From NCBI GenBank assembly GCA_951406725.2, contig OX597830.1, forward strand, positions 28,458,001-28,522,000: a DNA stretch of 64,000 nt, in the 5' to 3' direction. A program made the translations under genes and the position numbers. The first letter of the stretch is position 1; each line of letters starts with the position of its first letter. This document shows positions 41,553-55,022 of the stretch, one piece after another. The stretch is from Octopus vulgaris (lineage: Eukaryota). Under the pieces are notes generated by a model. The model did not search any database, was not told where the DNA came from, and saw only the letters and a list, made by a program, of their open reading frames with translations.

Positions 41553-41941
41553 CACATCTAATTGTAAGTATGTATACGTGGTTTTGTAGGGAGTATGAAA
41601 TGTAAGTACATGAGTATATTTTTTAAAGAGAATGCGATGTATATGACACGTTAAGATTTGCACCCCTGCGCGAGTGTCTGTTTAAGCGTGTTATACAAGG
41701 GAGATAAACAGACGCATACACACAATCACACAAACACGCACGCACACGCACACACTGAATCATATATGCATACGCACAAAAAAAAATTAAGGTGAGTCAG
41801 AATGAGGAGACAAGGATGAGAATAAAATGTCTGTGTGCAAGGTGCAAGGTGGTGTGAGTGAGGGAGAGATTGAAAGATGATGAAAGAGGGCAGAAAGAGA
41901 AACAAACCGAGCAAAACACACGACATAGAGACACGCGTATA

Positions 41942-42013
<72 letters not shown>

Positions 42014-42094
42014 TATATAAATATATATATACATATACATATACATATATATATATATATACACATATACATATATATATATATATATACACCT

Positions 42095-42134
<40 letters not shown>

Positions 42135-42166
42135 CATATACATACTCATATACATTTATGTCCATA

Positions 42167-42200
<34 letters not shown>

Positions 42201-42532
42201 CATATGTATACATTTAGATGTGCAAATATAGAAATATATTTGCACCTTCAAAGATCTATACATAGATATGTATACACAGACATACAGACAGACACACACA
42301 CACACATATCTATATATACATACTTATATGTATGTGTACATGTATATATACATATATACGCACACATAAATATGTAACCTCTTGTTTATGTGCGTATGTG
42401 TGCCTTTTTAAGTGTTTAGGCATTTATGTGAATATGTAAAATGGTGTGTGCTGAAAAAGTGCCCCTGTAATTCTGAGAAAAAAATGAGAAACAACATAAA
42501 AAACAAACGGGAAATCAGGGACAATATATGGA

Positions 42533-42632
<100 letters not shown>

Positions 42633-43472
42633 ATATATATATACACGCACACACACACATACATATATATATATATGTTTGTACATACACATATATGTAT
42701 ATATATGCATATATATAGACATATACACATATATATATGCATATATATATATACTTTATACATACTCACGAGGTGAGTGTGAAATCGCTGAATGATAGAG
42801 AAAAATATGAAAGATTGTCAGACAAAAAAAAAATCAACAAAAAATAAAAACAAAACAACATAACAAAAAGAAAAAGGAAAGTAAAGGAAGGAAAGAATAT
42901 ATGTTGGAAGAATTGTATATGTTTTGTGTCACACAAAAGAACCGTTCTACTGTTCTTTGTGAATTTTATGTCCTTGCGAAAATGTTACATCAATAGCGAT
43001 TTTCTTCACGTTCACCCCCACAAAATATCCATAAAATACCAAAATATAAAAACGAAATATTGCAAAACAAGAACAACAGATTCTCCAGCAACTACAATAA
43101 CCGGGAGTCCTCTAGAGCGGTTTAACTTTAATGTACCTCAATGTGTAATACCGTATGTGAGATAGTGTTAAGCAAAATTTAAGGAATATATATCAAAAAA
43201 GCAACTAGGATAATGTGAAGAAATATAATTCCCTTACACTTACGAACATAAGATGTGTTTATATACAACATAGTAATGTAATATATTTTATGCACGTACT
43301 TATCAATGACTACGTGAGTATTCACAAAAGTCTGTCTGTCTGTCTGTCTGAGTGTCTTTATATATATATCTAACTATCTGGGAATTTAGATATTTCTGCC
43401 TGTTCGTCTGTTTCTGTCTCTCTCTTTGTAATCATATACCTACATACATACATACATACATACATACATACA

Positions 43473-43506
<34 letters not shown>

Positions 43507-43530
43507 CATATATGCTTACATATATATATA

Positions 43531-43937
43531 TACTCTTTTACTTTTTTACTTGTTTCAGTCATTAGACTTTGGCCATGATGGAGCACCGCCTTTAGTCGAG
43601 CAAATCGACCAAACGAATTATTCTTTGTAAGCTTAGTACTTATTCTATCGGTGTCTTTTGCAGAACCGCTTGGTTACGGGGATATAAACACACCAGCATC
43701 GGTTGTGAAGCGATGTTGCGGGGACAAACACAGACACACAAACATATACACACACATACACACATATATATATATACATATATACGACGGGCGACTTTCA
43801 GTTTCCGTCTACCAAATCCACTCACAAGGCTTTGGTCGACCCGAGATTAAGTAGAAGACACTTGCCCAAGGAGCCAGGCAGTGGGCTGAACCCGGTACCA
43901 TGTGGTTGGTAAACAAGCTGTTTACCACACATCCACT
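43531..43937 (-). mobile_element. SINE family 1 copy (near full length)
   Basis: Full body from TACTCTTTTAC to TTACCACAC. Partial copies also at 46170-46334, 47683-48060, 54587-54744 (diverged), 56680-56765 and 61424-61640. Confidence 0.88.
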
Positions 43938-43966
43938 TCTAAGCCCCCCCTCTCTCTCTCTCTCTT

Positions 43967-44039
<73 letters not shown>

Positions 44040-44557
44040 ATTGCTGGTAAGGACACCGTTGTGCTACCATTATATGTTGCCACATCAATACTCTGCTTTA
44101 CTTCAGTCAACAGTGCTATTACCTCACATTTTCAAAGAATCTCTACACATATACAACAGAAATTAGATACAGCGCGGATTTGTTACGCTACTTTCATTAC
44201 CATATAACTAATGCAAAGAATGCGATCGAAGATAGGTAATACATGAAATACAGGTAATGTGTGTAAATGCATATTTCACGAGTCCTTGCTAATTCTTCAG
44301 GACCACATGCGGGCAATTAGCCATCCACAAACGCATGCTTATTTGGCCAGCAAACATATCGCTGGCACAGTATATATATATATATATATTGTAAACAAAA
44401 GTGAAGACGTAAAAATTTAATAATTAATAGGCTGAATAACATATACATGTATTGATGTCCATCATAATGTTTGTTTTGAACATTACTTTATATACATACA
44501 CACACATATACACACACTTTATATACATACACACATATATATATATATATATATATA

Positions 44558-44905
44558 CGAGCAAAACGCCCGGACGGTGCTGAGTTGTCAAATATTTAAA
44601 CCTAATTTTCTCAAAACAACGTGCCTGACCGTCTCATAGGCCTCCCCTTTCAGAAACACTAATTTTAACCTAAATTTGATACACCAGCAAAAGAAAAAGT
44701 AAAGATAGCATTTTTTCTATTTCAAAGTATGCTTTATCGATCGCATTCTCACCTGGAATCGATTTTTGTAAGCTCTTCAAAACTTATACACGACCTGATA
44801 CCGTCGGTATCTACGTATCAAATTTGAGCGCAATCGGATGGAGGATGCCCGAGATCCTAGAAGACATACACACAGACAGACAGAATGGATTTCATATAAT
44901 ATATA
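44558..44905 (-). mobile_element. Non-autonomous Helitron/HINE-like element
   Basis: Degenerate end ACGAGCAAAACGCCCGGACGG. AAATTTGAGCGCAATCGGATG...GAGAT...(ACAG)n...ATATATA layout is typical of Helitron-like interspersed elements. Confidence 0.55.
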
Positions 44906-44983
44906 TACATGTATATATCTGTGTGTGTATAGGTTTGTATTTATGTATACACACATATATAGACAAATACATATATGTATATA

Positions 44984-45147
44984 AACAAGTAGAAAGAAAA
45001 ATTTTATTCAATGCATGATACTTAACAGTATATATATGAAGGATAAAATGCTTTTTTTTCTGCATTAAAAGAAAAAAAGGATTTCACCCTTTATATATAT
45101 GGTGTTAAGTATCTACGCGTTGAATAAAACTTTTCTTTCTACTTGTT
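44984..45147. repeat. Foldback hairpin with ~77-bp arms and a 10-nt loop
   Basis: AACAAGTAGAAAGAAAA...TTTTTTTC paired with GAAAAAAAGG...TTTTCTTTCTACTTGTT. Confidence 0.88.
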
Positions 45148-45400
45148 CTACAATACTTTTCAACGCTTCGAAAACAAACTTGTTTGTTTTCAAACGGTTT
45201 AAAATCTATATAAGTTTATATATATCTATATAAATTTATATATATATATATACATATGTACATGTATATATATATACATATGTACATGTATATATATACA
45301 TATGTACATGTATTCATGCGTGTACATGTGTGTGGGGGGCAATTGTGTGGGCAAATGAAATATAACAGATTGGGCTTTATATACAATATATGTATATATG

Positions 45401-45710
45401 TATACGTGCAAAACGAGAAGAAGCAATGACTGAAGATTTTCAGATGATGAATATTTAATTATAAATATATAGAAATTCACATTAATAGATCGAACTTACA
45501 CAGATTAAAAATAACAGAGAAATTAAATTGGAGGAATTAAGCTGTTACAAGTCCGTCAGCTGATTTTGTGAGCTCGGAGATCCATCGTAATTTTGGTAGA
45601 TGCAGTTCATCACATTATGCTGGCTGTAGTGGAACCAATCTACATATTTATAATTAAATAGTCATCATCTGAATGTCTTCATTCGTTGCTTCTCTAGTTT
45701 TTCATGTATA
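45401..45710. repeat. Small element with ~70-bp terminal inverted repeats
   Basis: 45401-45473 (GAAGCAATGACTGAAGATTTTCAGATGATGAATATTTAATTATAAATATATAGA) is the inverse of 45639-45710. Confidence 0.85.
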
Positions 45711-46111
45711 TAGATATATATTTTGTATATCAAACCCAAGCTGTTGTATTTAATTTGTTTATCCGTAAAATTGCCTCCCTATCTGCTCAACTTATATCTG
45801 AAATATGGACAGGTTACTATTTGCAGAGCTATTATTCTATTATTAAAAGTATTGCATCATTTGAATTTGTATTCAACCGCCACAAAAGATAACACGTGAA
45901 AAAAATTGACACTAAAATTACAATTAAATTATTTTATATGAGCATACTAATGACTAAAAAATATTATACAGATCTCTGAATACTTTCAGGCGACTCCAAA
46001 CACGATTTTTATGGACTTGTGTAAATTACCAACAATCTCTGTAGAGGTGGTGGCTTACTGACATATAAAAATATCAAGAAACCACAAATAGATGAATTCA
46101 CACACACGCGC

Positions 46112-46173
<62 letters not shown>

Positions 46174-46390
46174 GGGCTTCTTTCAGTTTTCGTTTACCAA
46201 ATCCACTCACAAGGCTTTGGTCGGCTTGAGGCTATAGTAGAAGACACTTGCCCAAGGTGCCACGCAGTGGGACCCAACTCGAAACCATGTGGTTGGCATG
46301 CAAGCTACTTACCACACAGCCACTCCTGCGCCTACATATTTATAAATTTGAAACATCCATTAGTAAATAAAGAAACGAACCTGTACGAAC

Positions 46391-46798
46391 ATATACTAAA
46401 TCCACAAATGACGGAAAACAGAATTTCACCAAGTCTACTTTGGCAAGATGGTGAAGCGCAATTTTGATCATAATCGATAATATTGCTTCCACCATTGAGG
46501 CACTTGCTAGTTATGGAACCAAAACATTATTATTATCATTTTAATTGTTGACTTCGTGTGGCCTTAAGCCTTTGTTCTGTGCATTGTTTTGTCCTCGTCC
46601 GTCCACTAACGGTCTCGTCACGAGCCCGTTTCGTTCTCTTAAGTTTTGGTCCCATTCTCGGCATGTTTCTTGCCGGTGCGTCCAGAGTGGAAGCAATATT
46701 ATCAATAATAGTCGAAATTGCGCTTCACGCTATTTGCGACAACAGAAGGTGAGTTGGCGACTTTCAGTGTTTTCCGTTCGTCTGTGTATTTAATATAT
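46391..46798. repeat. Diverged inverted repeat, 135-155-bp arms
   Basis: Shared blocks ACGGAAAACA, GTGAAGCGCAATTT, GATAATATTGCTTCCAC and ACCAAAAC occur in inverted orientation. Confidence 0.8.
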
Positions 46799-46929
46799 TT
46801 TCGTCTGTTTATTTACCGCACTTTTTTAAAATTTATATACATACACATGTAGGTCATATTTTCCGTTTGTCTTCTTTTTATTTGAACCCGATATTATTTA
46901 TGTAACGCACGCATTCACTAATTGTTTTA

Positions 46930-46984
<55 letters not shown>

Positions 46985-46985
<1 letters not shown>

Positions 46986-47127
46986 CTATTTACATTTGAT
47001 GGATATTTGTCCTCATCTTGTTTGTTGTTAACACAACATTTCGGCTGATATAGCCCCCAACATTCATCAGGTGTCTGAGCTCTCATTCCTAAGGTATTTT
47101 TCGATGTTATTATTACTATTATTGTTA

Positions 47128-47212
<85 letters not shown>

Positions 47213-47229
47213 CTTTATTATTATTAATA

Positions 47230-47289
<60 letters not shown>

Positions 47290-47662
47290 CTTTATTATTA
47301 TTAATATTATTATTATCATCATCATCTTCATCATTAATATTATTATTATCATCAACGTTATTCCAGTTCGGTACTTAAGAAATGAGGAATTATGTACATT
47401 ATTTACATTATTTACATTTGACGGATATTTGTCCTCATCTTGTTTGTTGTTAACACAACTTTGCGGCTGATATACCCTCCAGCCTTCATCAGGTGTCTTG
47501 GGAAAATTTCGAACTTGGGTTCTCATTCCTAAGGTATTTTTCGATGAAGCCTGGTGGGTATATCAACCGAGATGTGTTAATAAACAAACAAGATGACAAA
47601 TATCCATCAAATATAAATAATATAAATAATGTAAATAATTCCCATTCTCTTAAATATAGAAC
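46985..47662 (-). mobile_element. Penelope-type pseudo-LTR remnants: two direct copies and one inverted copy with decayed hammerhead motifs
   Basis: Units at 46985-47105 and 47366-47545 carry minus-strand GACAC-CTGATGA...CAGCC-G(A/C)AA...GTGTT. An inverted unit lies at 47543-47662. Confidence 0.8.
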
Positions 47663-48069
47663 AATATTTATATCTTGTATATTTTTTATTCTTTCTTGTA
47701 CGTGACTGCGGTCATGCTGGAGCACCCCTTGAAGGACCTTAGTTAAAGAATTCAACCGAAGGACTTATTTTTGTTTCTAAGTCTTGTACTTATTCTATCG
47801 ATCTGTATTGTCGAACCTCTAAGTTACAGCTACGTAAACGCACCCGTATCGGTTGTCCAGTGGCGATGGGCGTCAAGCACATACACAAAGACACACACAC
47901 ATAAATATATACATATGCATATATACGACGGTCTTCTTTCAGTTTCCGTTTTCCAGATCCACTCACAAGGCTAGGATTGGCCCGAGGTTATGTTAGAAGA
48001 CAGCTGCTCAAAATGCCACGCAGTGGAACTGACCCGTGATTGGGAGCAAGCTTCTTACTACATGATTTG

Positions 48070-48395
48070 CTCAGTGATTAGAAAGTTGCGTTTTAACGTC
48101 ATGTGGTAATGAGTTCGATTATCGAACCGGACTGTGCATTGTGTTTTACTGCAAGACACCTTATTTCACGCTGCCACAGTTCGCTCAGCTGAAGAAATGT
48201 GTTGCGATGTCACTAGTGCCAAGCTGTATCAGCCTTTGCCTTTCCCTTTGATAACATCGGTAGCTTGGAGAGGGGAGACTGGTATGCATGGGCAACTACT
48301 GGTCTTCCATAAACAACCTTGCCAGGACTTGTGCCTCGCAGGGTAACATTCTCGGTGCAATCCCATGGTCATTCGTGGCTAAAGGGGTTCTTTAG
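48070..48395 (+). mobile_element. tRNA-derived SINE (CORE-like)
   Basis: TCAGTGATTAGA (A-box-like), GAGTTCGATT (B box), GCAAGACACCTTATTTCAC, tail ...CAATCCCATGGTCA. Confidence 0.6.
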
Positions 48396-48401
48396 CCTAT
48401 A

Positions 48402-49180
48402 TTGTTGTTGTTGTTGTTGTTGGCATCCTTTTTGTCTTGGGAGACAATGGAGTTGCGTATAAATAATCTAGACCGGCTTTTATATGTCACTAGCAGTATC
48501 GCCCGGCGTTGCTCGGGTTTGTGAGGGAAATAACTATATAAGCATTTTTAGAGATTTATAGCCAAACAATACCAAAAAAATGCATTAAGAATGGAAAAAA
48601 AATGATAGTAATTTTTTTTTTAAATCGTTGACTCATCGTAGACATTTTTAGCAAGTTACTTCCCTTATATCATAGCGAAAAAAATGCATCAAAATGGAAA
48701 AAATGATGGTAATTTTTTTTTTAAATCGTAGACTCATCGTAGACGCGCCCTAATACCCAGAAGGGCTCGATATGAATCACGACTATCAGATACCCGGTTT
48801 TGGTTAAACTGCACCGCAAAATGTGGGAGTAGTTAGGAATCTAAATCGTAGGAGACAGACACACAACTTCACTTTTATATATATAAAGATGTCCTAATAC
48901 ATCTCCTGCTGTGGCTGTGTAGTCCTATCCTGGACAAATACTCCCTCTGGCAGGTGCCGCAAATGTAGCGAAGACTTTGCCTGGCTGGTTGTAATGTCAT
49001 AGTTTCTTGATGACGTCTTTTTTTGTCTTTCCATTGCTGCTCTCTCCCTCTGTTACTCCCTTGTGTTCCCTCTTTTACGGTACGTCGCCTATCTCTATGG
49101 TTGCTGGCATCTGCTTCCCAGATGCTAATATTGATGCCGCAGGCCTTCATGTTTCTTTTGCAAACATCCTTGTATCGTAT
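48402..49180 (-). mobile_element. RTE-clade LINE 3' end, interrupted by a Helitron
   Basis: RYKDVCKRNMKACGI...W...C2H2-like YICGTCQREYLSRIGLHSHSRRC (48890-49180). The 3' UTR CCATTGTCTCCCAAGACAAAAAGGATGCC(AAC)n continues at 48489-48402. Confidence 0.85.
48490..48889 (-). mobile_element. Non-autonomous Helitron
   Basis: Minus strand A|TCTTTATATATATAAAAGTGAAGTT...ACAAACCCGAGCAACGCCGGGCGATACTGCTAG|T, with an internal ~65-bp tandem duplication. Confidence 0.9.
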
Positions 49181-49690
49181 ATATACCATATTTACTATGA
49201 TAATTATATACAAAATGAGAATATACAACAAATTCAATACGTTTTTGGTTAGCCTCATCTCAGGTCTGATTATACAGACTTTTAGTCTCTTCCATTTGTC
49301 TCTTCTGATAAGACGATAAAGTTATGTTTGAGGTTAATCAAATAAGTATATCTACCTTGTCGAGATTCTAACACTGATCGTGCGCGATTAGGACCAAAGA
49401 CATTCATGCCGAGATGATTTGGCTGTGTTCTCTCATATATGGATTATACAAGATTTATACGTGAGAACAGTTGTGTGGTTGAGAAATAAGTTAGGCAACC
49501 AGCTGGTTTGGGTTCAGTCCGACTGAAACAAGTAAAAGAAAAAAATAGACTTTTATTAAAGATTGTATTTTGTGGGAAATTTGCTGCTATGTCTAGTAGT
49601 TCAAGCAACGATGCAATTTTTTTAAGTTTCTTTAATTTTGGTGTTAAAATTGTTGTTATTACTGTTGTTTTTGCTTATCTATAGACAACC

Positions 49691-50475
49691 ATTCTTCTCT
49701 ACTCTAGGCACAAGGCCCGAAATTTTGGGGGAGGAGGCCCGTCGATTAAATCGACCCTAGTACTGGCATTTAATCTATCGACCTTGAAAGGATGAAAGGC
49801 AAAGTTGACCACGGAGGAATTTGAAATTAGAACGTAAAGACAGACGAAACACCGCTAAATATCTCGCCCGGCCTGCTAACATTTCTTATTTCTTTATTGC
49901 CCACAAGGGGCGAAACATAGATGATACAAGCAAGGACAGACAAAGGGATTAAATTGATTACATCTACCCCAGTGCGTTACTGGTACTTAATTTATCGACC
50001 CCGAAAGGATGAAAGGTAAAGTCGGCCTCGGCGGAATTTCAACTGAGAACGTAAAGACAGACGAAATACTGATTTCTTTACTACCCAGAAGGTGCTAAAC
50101 ACAGAGGGAACAAACAAGGGCAAAAAAACACATTAAGTCGATTATATCGACCCCACTGAGTAACTGGTACTTATTTAATCGACCCCGAAAGGATGAAAGG
50201 CAAAGTCGAACTCGGCGGAGTTTGAACTCAGAACGTAGCGGCAGACGAAATACCTATTTCTTTACTACCCACAAGGAGCTAAACACAGAGAGGATAGACA
50301 AACGGATTAAGTCGATTATATCGACCCCAGTGCGAAACTGGTACTTAATTTATCGACCCCGAAAAGATGAAAGGCAAAGTTGACCTCGGCGGAATTTGAA
50401 CTTAGAACGTAGCGGCAGACGAAATACCGCTAAGCATTTCGCCCGGCGTGCTAACGTTTCTGCCAGCTCGCCGCC
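49691..50475 (-). mobile_element. Meta-like SINE cluster (trimer plus an adjacent or nested monomer)
   Basis: Four CG.AAAGGATGAAAGG.AAAGT cores, head at 50475, two different tails. Confidence 0.9.
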
Positions 50476-50951
50476 TCTGTAAGTAACCATTGATTCAGCA
50501 ACACTGTAATCAATGACATTCCAGCCATGACTCTCCTACTGTGAACGATGTTTTTGCAGTAAAACTTCATCAATGTTTCCTGTTGTTTTTGCCCCTATTC
50601 GATTATGGGTCGAGATCTAATTAATTGTTTGCTCTAGAGAAGTCGAGATATACTTTATAGCGGCTCCAACTGAGGATTCATGTTGTTATAATTGCTAACA
50701 CTAGTGCCGCTACTGCTGCCACTGCTGCTACTGCTGCTGCTTTAGTTGTTGCTATATCTTTGTTTCCAATGACAACCCTCCCCATCTCTCCATCACATTA
50801 CCTACACCAGTCTGCCTCAGTGATTTGTTAGCAAGGTCATGAAGCGGAAAGAAAAGTACCGAAATTTTCAGGTAGTTTGATTTTTATGTGCATTCTTTCA
50901 ATATTTGCCATTCCCGTCTGATTTCTACTGTTATTGTTATTATTATTAACA

Positions 50952-51018
<67 letters not shown>

Positions 51019-51323
51019 TATTATTACTATTATTATTATTATTATTGTTATTATTATTATTGGAGCCGTCGCCATCGTCGTCCTCCTCATCATGATGATC
51101 ATCAGCATCACGAGAGTAACCGTTCTTTGGTATTTCCCCTCTACCTCCACTCCCTTTTGTAAGATTTACCCTTGTGTGTGGTGATTTTTTTTTAATGTTA
51201 CTTCTGTGTACGGTTGTGTTTGCTTTGTGTATTTTCGTGTGTCGCAGGGCGTATAAATATGTATATGTTAACGTAGGCATATATATATATATATATATAC
51301 ACATACGTACATATATATATGTA

Positions 51324-51376
<53 letters not shown>

Positions 51377-52041
51377 GTACATTTACACATGAGCATACTA
51401 TTATATATATGTGTATGTATATATGTGTGTATATATAATATATATGTATATATATATACACACAGACACACGCGCACACACACACACACGCAACACACAC
51501 ACGCACAGATTTGGATATAAGCGGGTGCGATGCTTTGTGTTTTTGGCGCATCCAAGGGCTTCTTTGAAGCAATGTGGTGTTTTTTTTGCGATTATGTGTG
51601 TATATGTATATATATATATATCTTAATGCTTACATATATTTTCGCATAAGTTTATGGGTGCTTTTCTGTATGTGTTCTTGTTTTTTCAAGCGCACTATAT
51701 CCGTGCCTGAGATTGTGTGTGTATGTATGATTCTGTACACGTATGTGTGTGTGTGTGTGTGTGCGTGTGTGTGTTTATGACTGTGTGAATGTGCATAAGT
51801 ATCTATTTGTTGACATCCTCCCTTTCACTTCTTTTTGTTGTTGATCATGGCATTATAGAGGACAAGATCTTTATATCATTGCCACATTGGGTTGTTGTTA
51901 CCATTGTTGCTGTTGTTGTTGTTGTTGTTGTCGCTGTTGTTGTTATCGTTGTGGCCTTTTGGAGTCGCTTTTCAGATTAAGACCGATATTACATTTTTTT
52001 TTCACTCTCCTCGCCTCTTATTACATTTCTATGATTGTTTC

Positions 52042-52109
<68 letters not shown>

Positions 52110-52114
52110 CACTA

Positions 52115-52153
<39 letters not shown>

Positions 52154-52165
52154 TCATTATCATTG

Positions 52166-52209
<44 letters not shown>

Positions 52210-52390
52210 GCCACTATTGTTTGTTGTCATTTTCCTTTGTTTTGTTTCGTTTCATTTGCTGCTTTTTTTTCTTCATTTTCTCCAATGTTTCATTTTTTGT
52301 TTTGTTTGTTATTCTTCTATTTCACCTTGCGCTTTGCTGTTTTGTGTGTTTGTGTGTGTATACATACATACATACATACATACATATATT

Positions 52391-52421
<31 letters not shown>

Positions 52422-52885
52422 ATATATATATAACTATTTATATATATATTTATAGAAGTGTATATATATATATATATATACACACACACATATACATATA
52501 CGTTGTTTTTTTTTTTGTTCTTTTATTTCTTTTCAATCTTACTGCATCGTTGCTGAAGTGCCAACTCCTCCGGAAGATTCTAAAAACATTATCCGAAATC
52601 ACTCAGATATTTGTTGTGGAATGCAACAGACCGTTACCCATGTTGCCATTTATTGTTGTTCACAATTTATTTTTGCACTCCTACTCTCCCAAGCTCTTTT
52701 CAATTTTGTTGTTTATGGCACTGCCAATCGTAGTCGTTGGGGAGGACGTAGATTTGAGCGGGAAGGTGTTAGTTTCTGGTGGGTGTGCTACGGTATTATT
52801 TGTATTGCGGAATATATATCTTAAAATATAGGCAAGTATGTATAAAGGTATATATAATTATATATGTACATATGAACGTGTGTGC

Positions 52886-53001
<116 letters not shown>

Positions 53002-54939
53002 GTATATACATATATATATATTTATATATATATATATTTGTATGTATATATGCACATATCTATACATAGATATAGTTAGATAGATATATAAATTAATAGA
53101 TGCATAAGTGGATACTTATATGTATATATATAATATATATCGAAATCATTATACATATACGTCTATATACAGGTATGCACACATGTACATATACATGAAT
53201 CTCTATATTTTCATAGCTATTGGAGTATATGTATGTGCGTGTGTGTGTACATAAAATGAAATGCAAACATTTGTGTGTGTGTATATATACATATATATAT
53301 GCGTACGTGTGGAAGTATATGTGTGCGTGTCACTATCTACTAATTTTGCACGCGTGTAAACCTGCAGGTGTTATTACAATATTCTTCCTCTGTTCACGAC
53401 AAATCGCATATTTCAAAGTCATGATCACCCCGAAGCTTGAAATATGAAAGCACGCAGAATTGTTTGGGGTATATTTTGTGTTTCTATTATGTTTATTTTA
53501 GCCTCTCCGTTTCTTATTCTCTTCTTTTTTTTTATTTCTTTTCCAGTTTCCAGATGAGCTACATGTAAGGGATTCTGATGGACAATTTGTCAATGAATCA
53601 AATATCTGATACAAACAGAATTTCAATATTTCCTGTAAACTCTGACTTAGATCACTTTATGCCACATATCTTACTTCTTCATCATAACCTGCAGTAATGT
53701 GCTTTTCTCGATCATATTTTTACCAACATTTATGGCGAGAAAATAGATATATCTCGATCCTGTTCTAATAAGATGTATTTTGTCGAATATTCGATCACAT
53801 ATATTGTATTTACGATACTTAGATACTTAGGTCCTGATACTGTAGAGTGTATTTTTCAATTTATTTTTTAAATATCCATCTTGTAAGCAGGGATGATATT
53901 TTATATTTCCATTATTAGGGGAAATATACTTGACTGAACATTCTTCGCTAACGCTACGATCACATTTCTTTTCTTACCGTGCCCCGGGAAAAAGATATCG
54001 AATAGAAAAACCGAGAGATGATTTGAACAATATTTTAATTTGATATGAATCTCTGAAGATTAGGTCAGATTGAATATAATCTAGTTTATTGTAGTTGTGC
54101 AACTTGAGCATTATTCTGCTGTAGGTACTACATGTCAGGAGAAATGTCTAAGCACTTTTCTGGATGCTATATTCTATAACATATATATATATGCCATTTT
54201 GTGGAAGTTGTTAGGAAGACAGTTCGATGTAATTATTCAATGTTAAATAAAAAAAAAATGTATAGCACCATGAATATTTAACTTGTTGGTAGGGTTAATA
54301 TGCTTTCAAGAATGGTACTAGGGTAACTCAAATGTCGCATAATCTAGCTAAAGGCTATGTGTGTTGTATATTACGATATGCCGCACTGGAGGATTATTTC
54401 GTGATTTAATAGATATGCAATTTAAGTAAAACTGAAAAGAAAAACAAAATTTAGAATATTTCCTCGATGTTGGTTCAAAAGTGGAAGAGTACAAGGACTT
54501 CGGATATCGTATAATAATTAATGAACGCACACAAACACAAAGGCACAGAACATACACACACACACACACACACACACATTTATATATACGGCAAGATTCT
54601 ACACAGTATCCGGGTATCGAATTCACTTGGATGTAATTGGTCGAACAGTATTGCAACAGGAACCTGCCGTAAGTCCCACGAATTGGGACAGAACTCGAGA
54701 TCACGTCTTTGTAAAGCCAGCTTCATAACCACGCGGGCGGCCGTATATATATATATATATATATTTATATATTTATATACATACAAATATATATATAAAT
54801 ACATATTTATATATATAATATATATATGCATACACAAATATATATATATACATATATAGAAATATAATATTTATATATATATGTATATATATACATATAC
54901 ATATATATATTTATGTACATATATATGTATATATATTTA

Positions 54940-55020
<81 letters not shown>

Positions 55021-55022
<2 letters not shown>

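Noticed and set aside
53570-54170. Possible very old PLE/LINE remnants (also ~870-1350, 35650-35900, 38950-39400, 60560-60920)
   Set aside because: Only scattered motif-like traces remain. A translated profile search would be needed to support a call.
54587-54744. Apparent MITE with TACGGC...GCCGTA ends
   Set aside because: The minus strand has A/B boxes and aligns to the 5' part of SINE family 1, so it is a diverged SINE.
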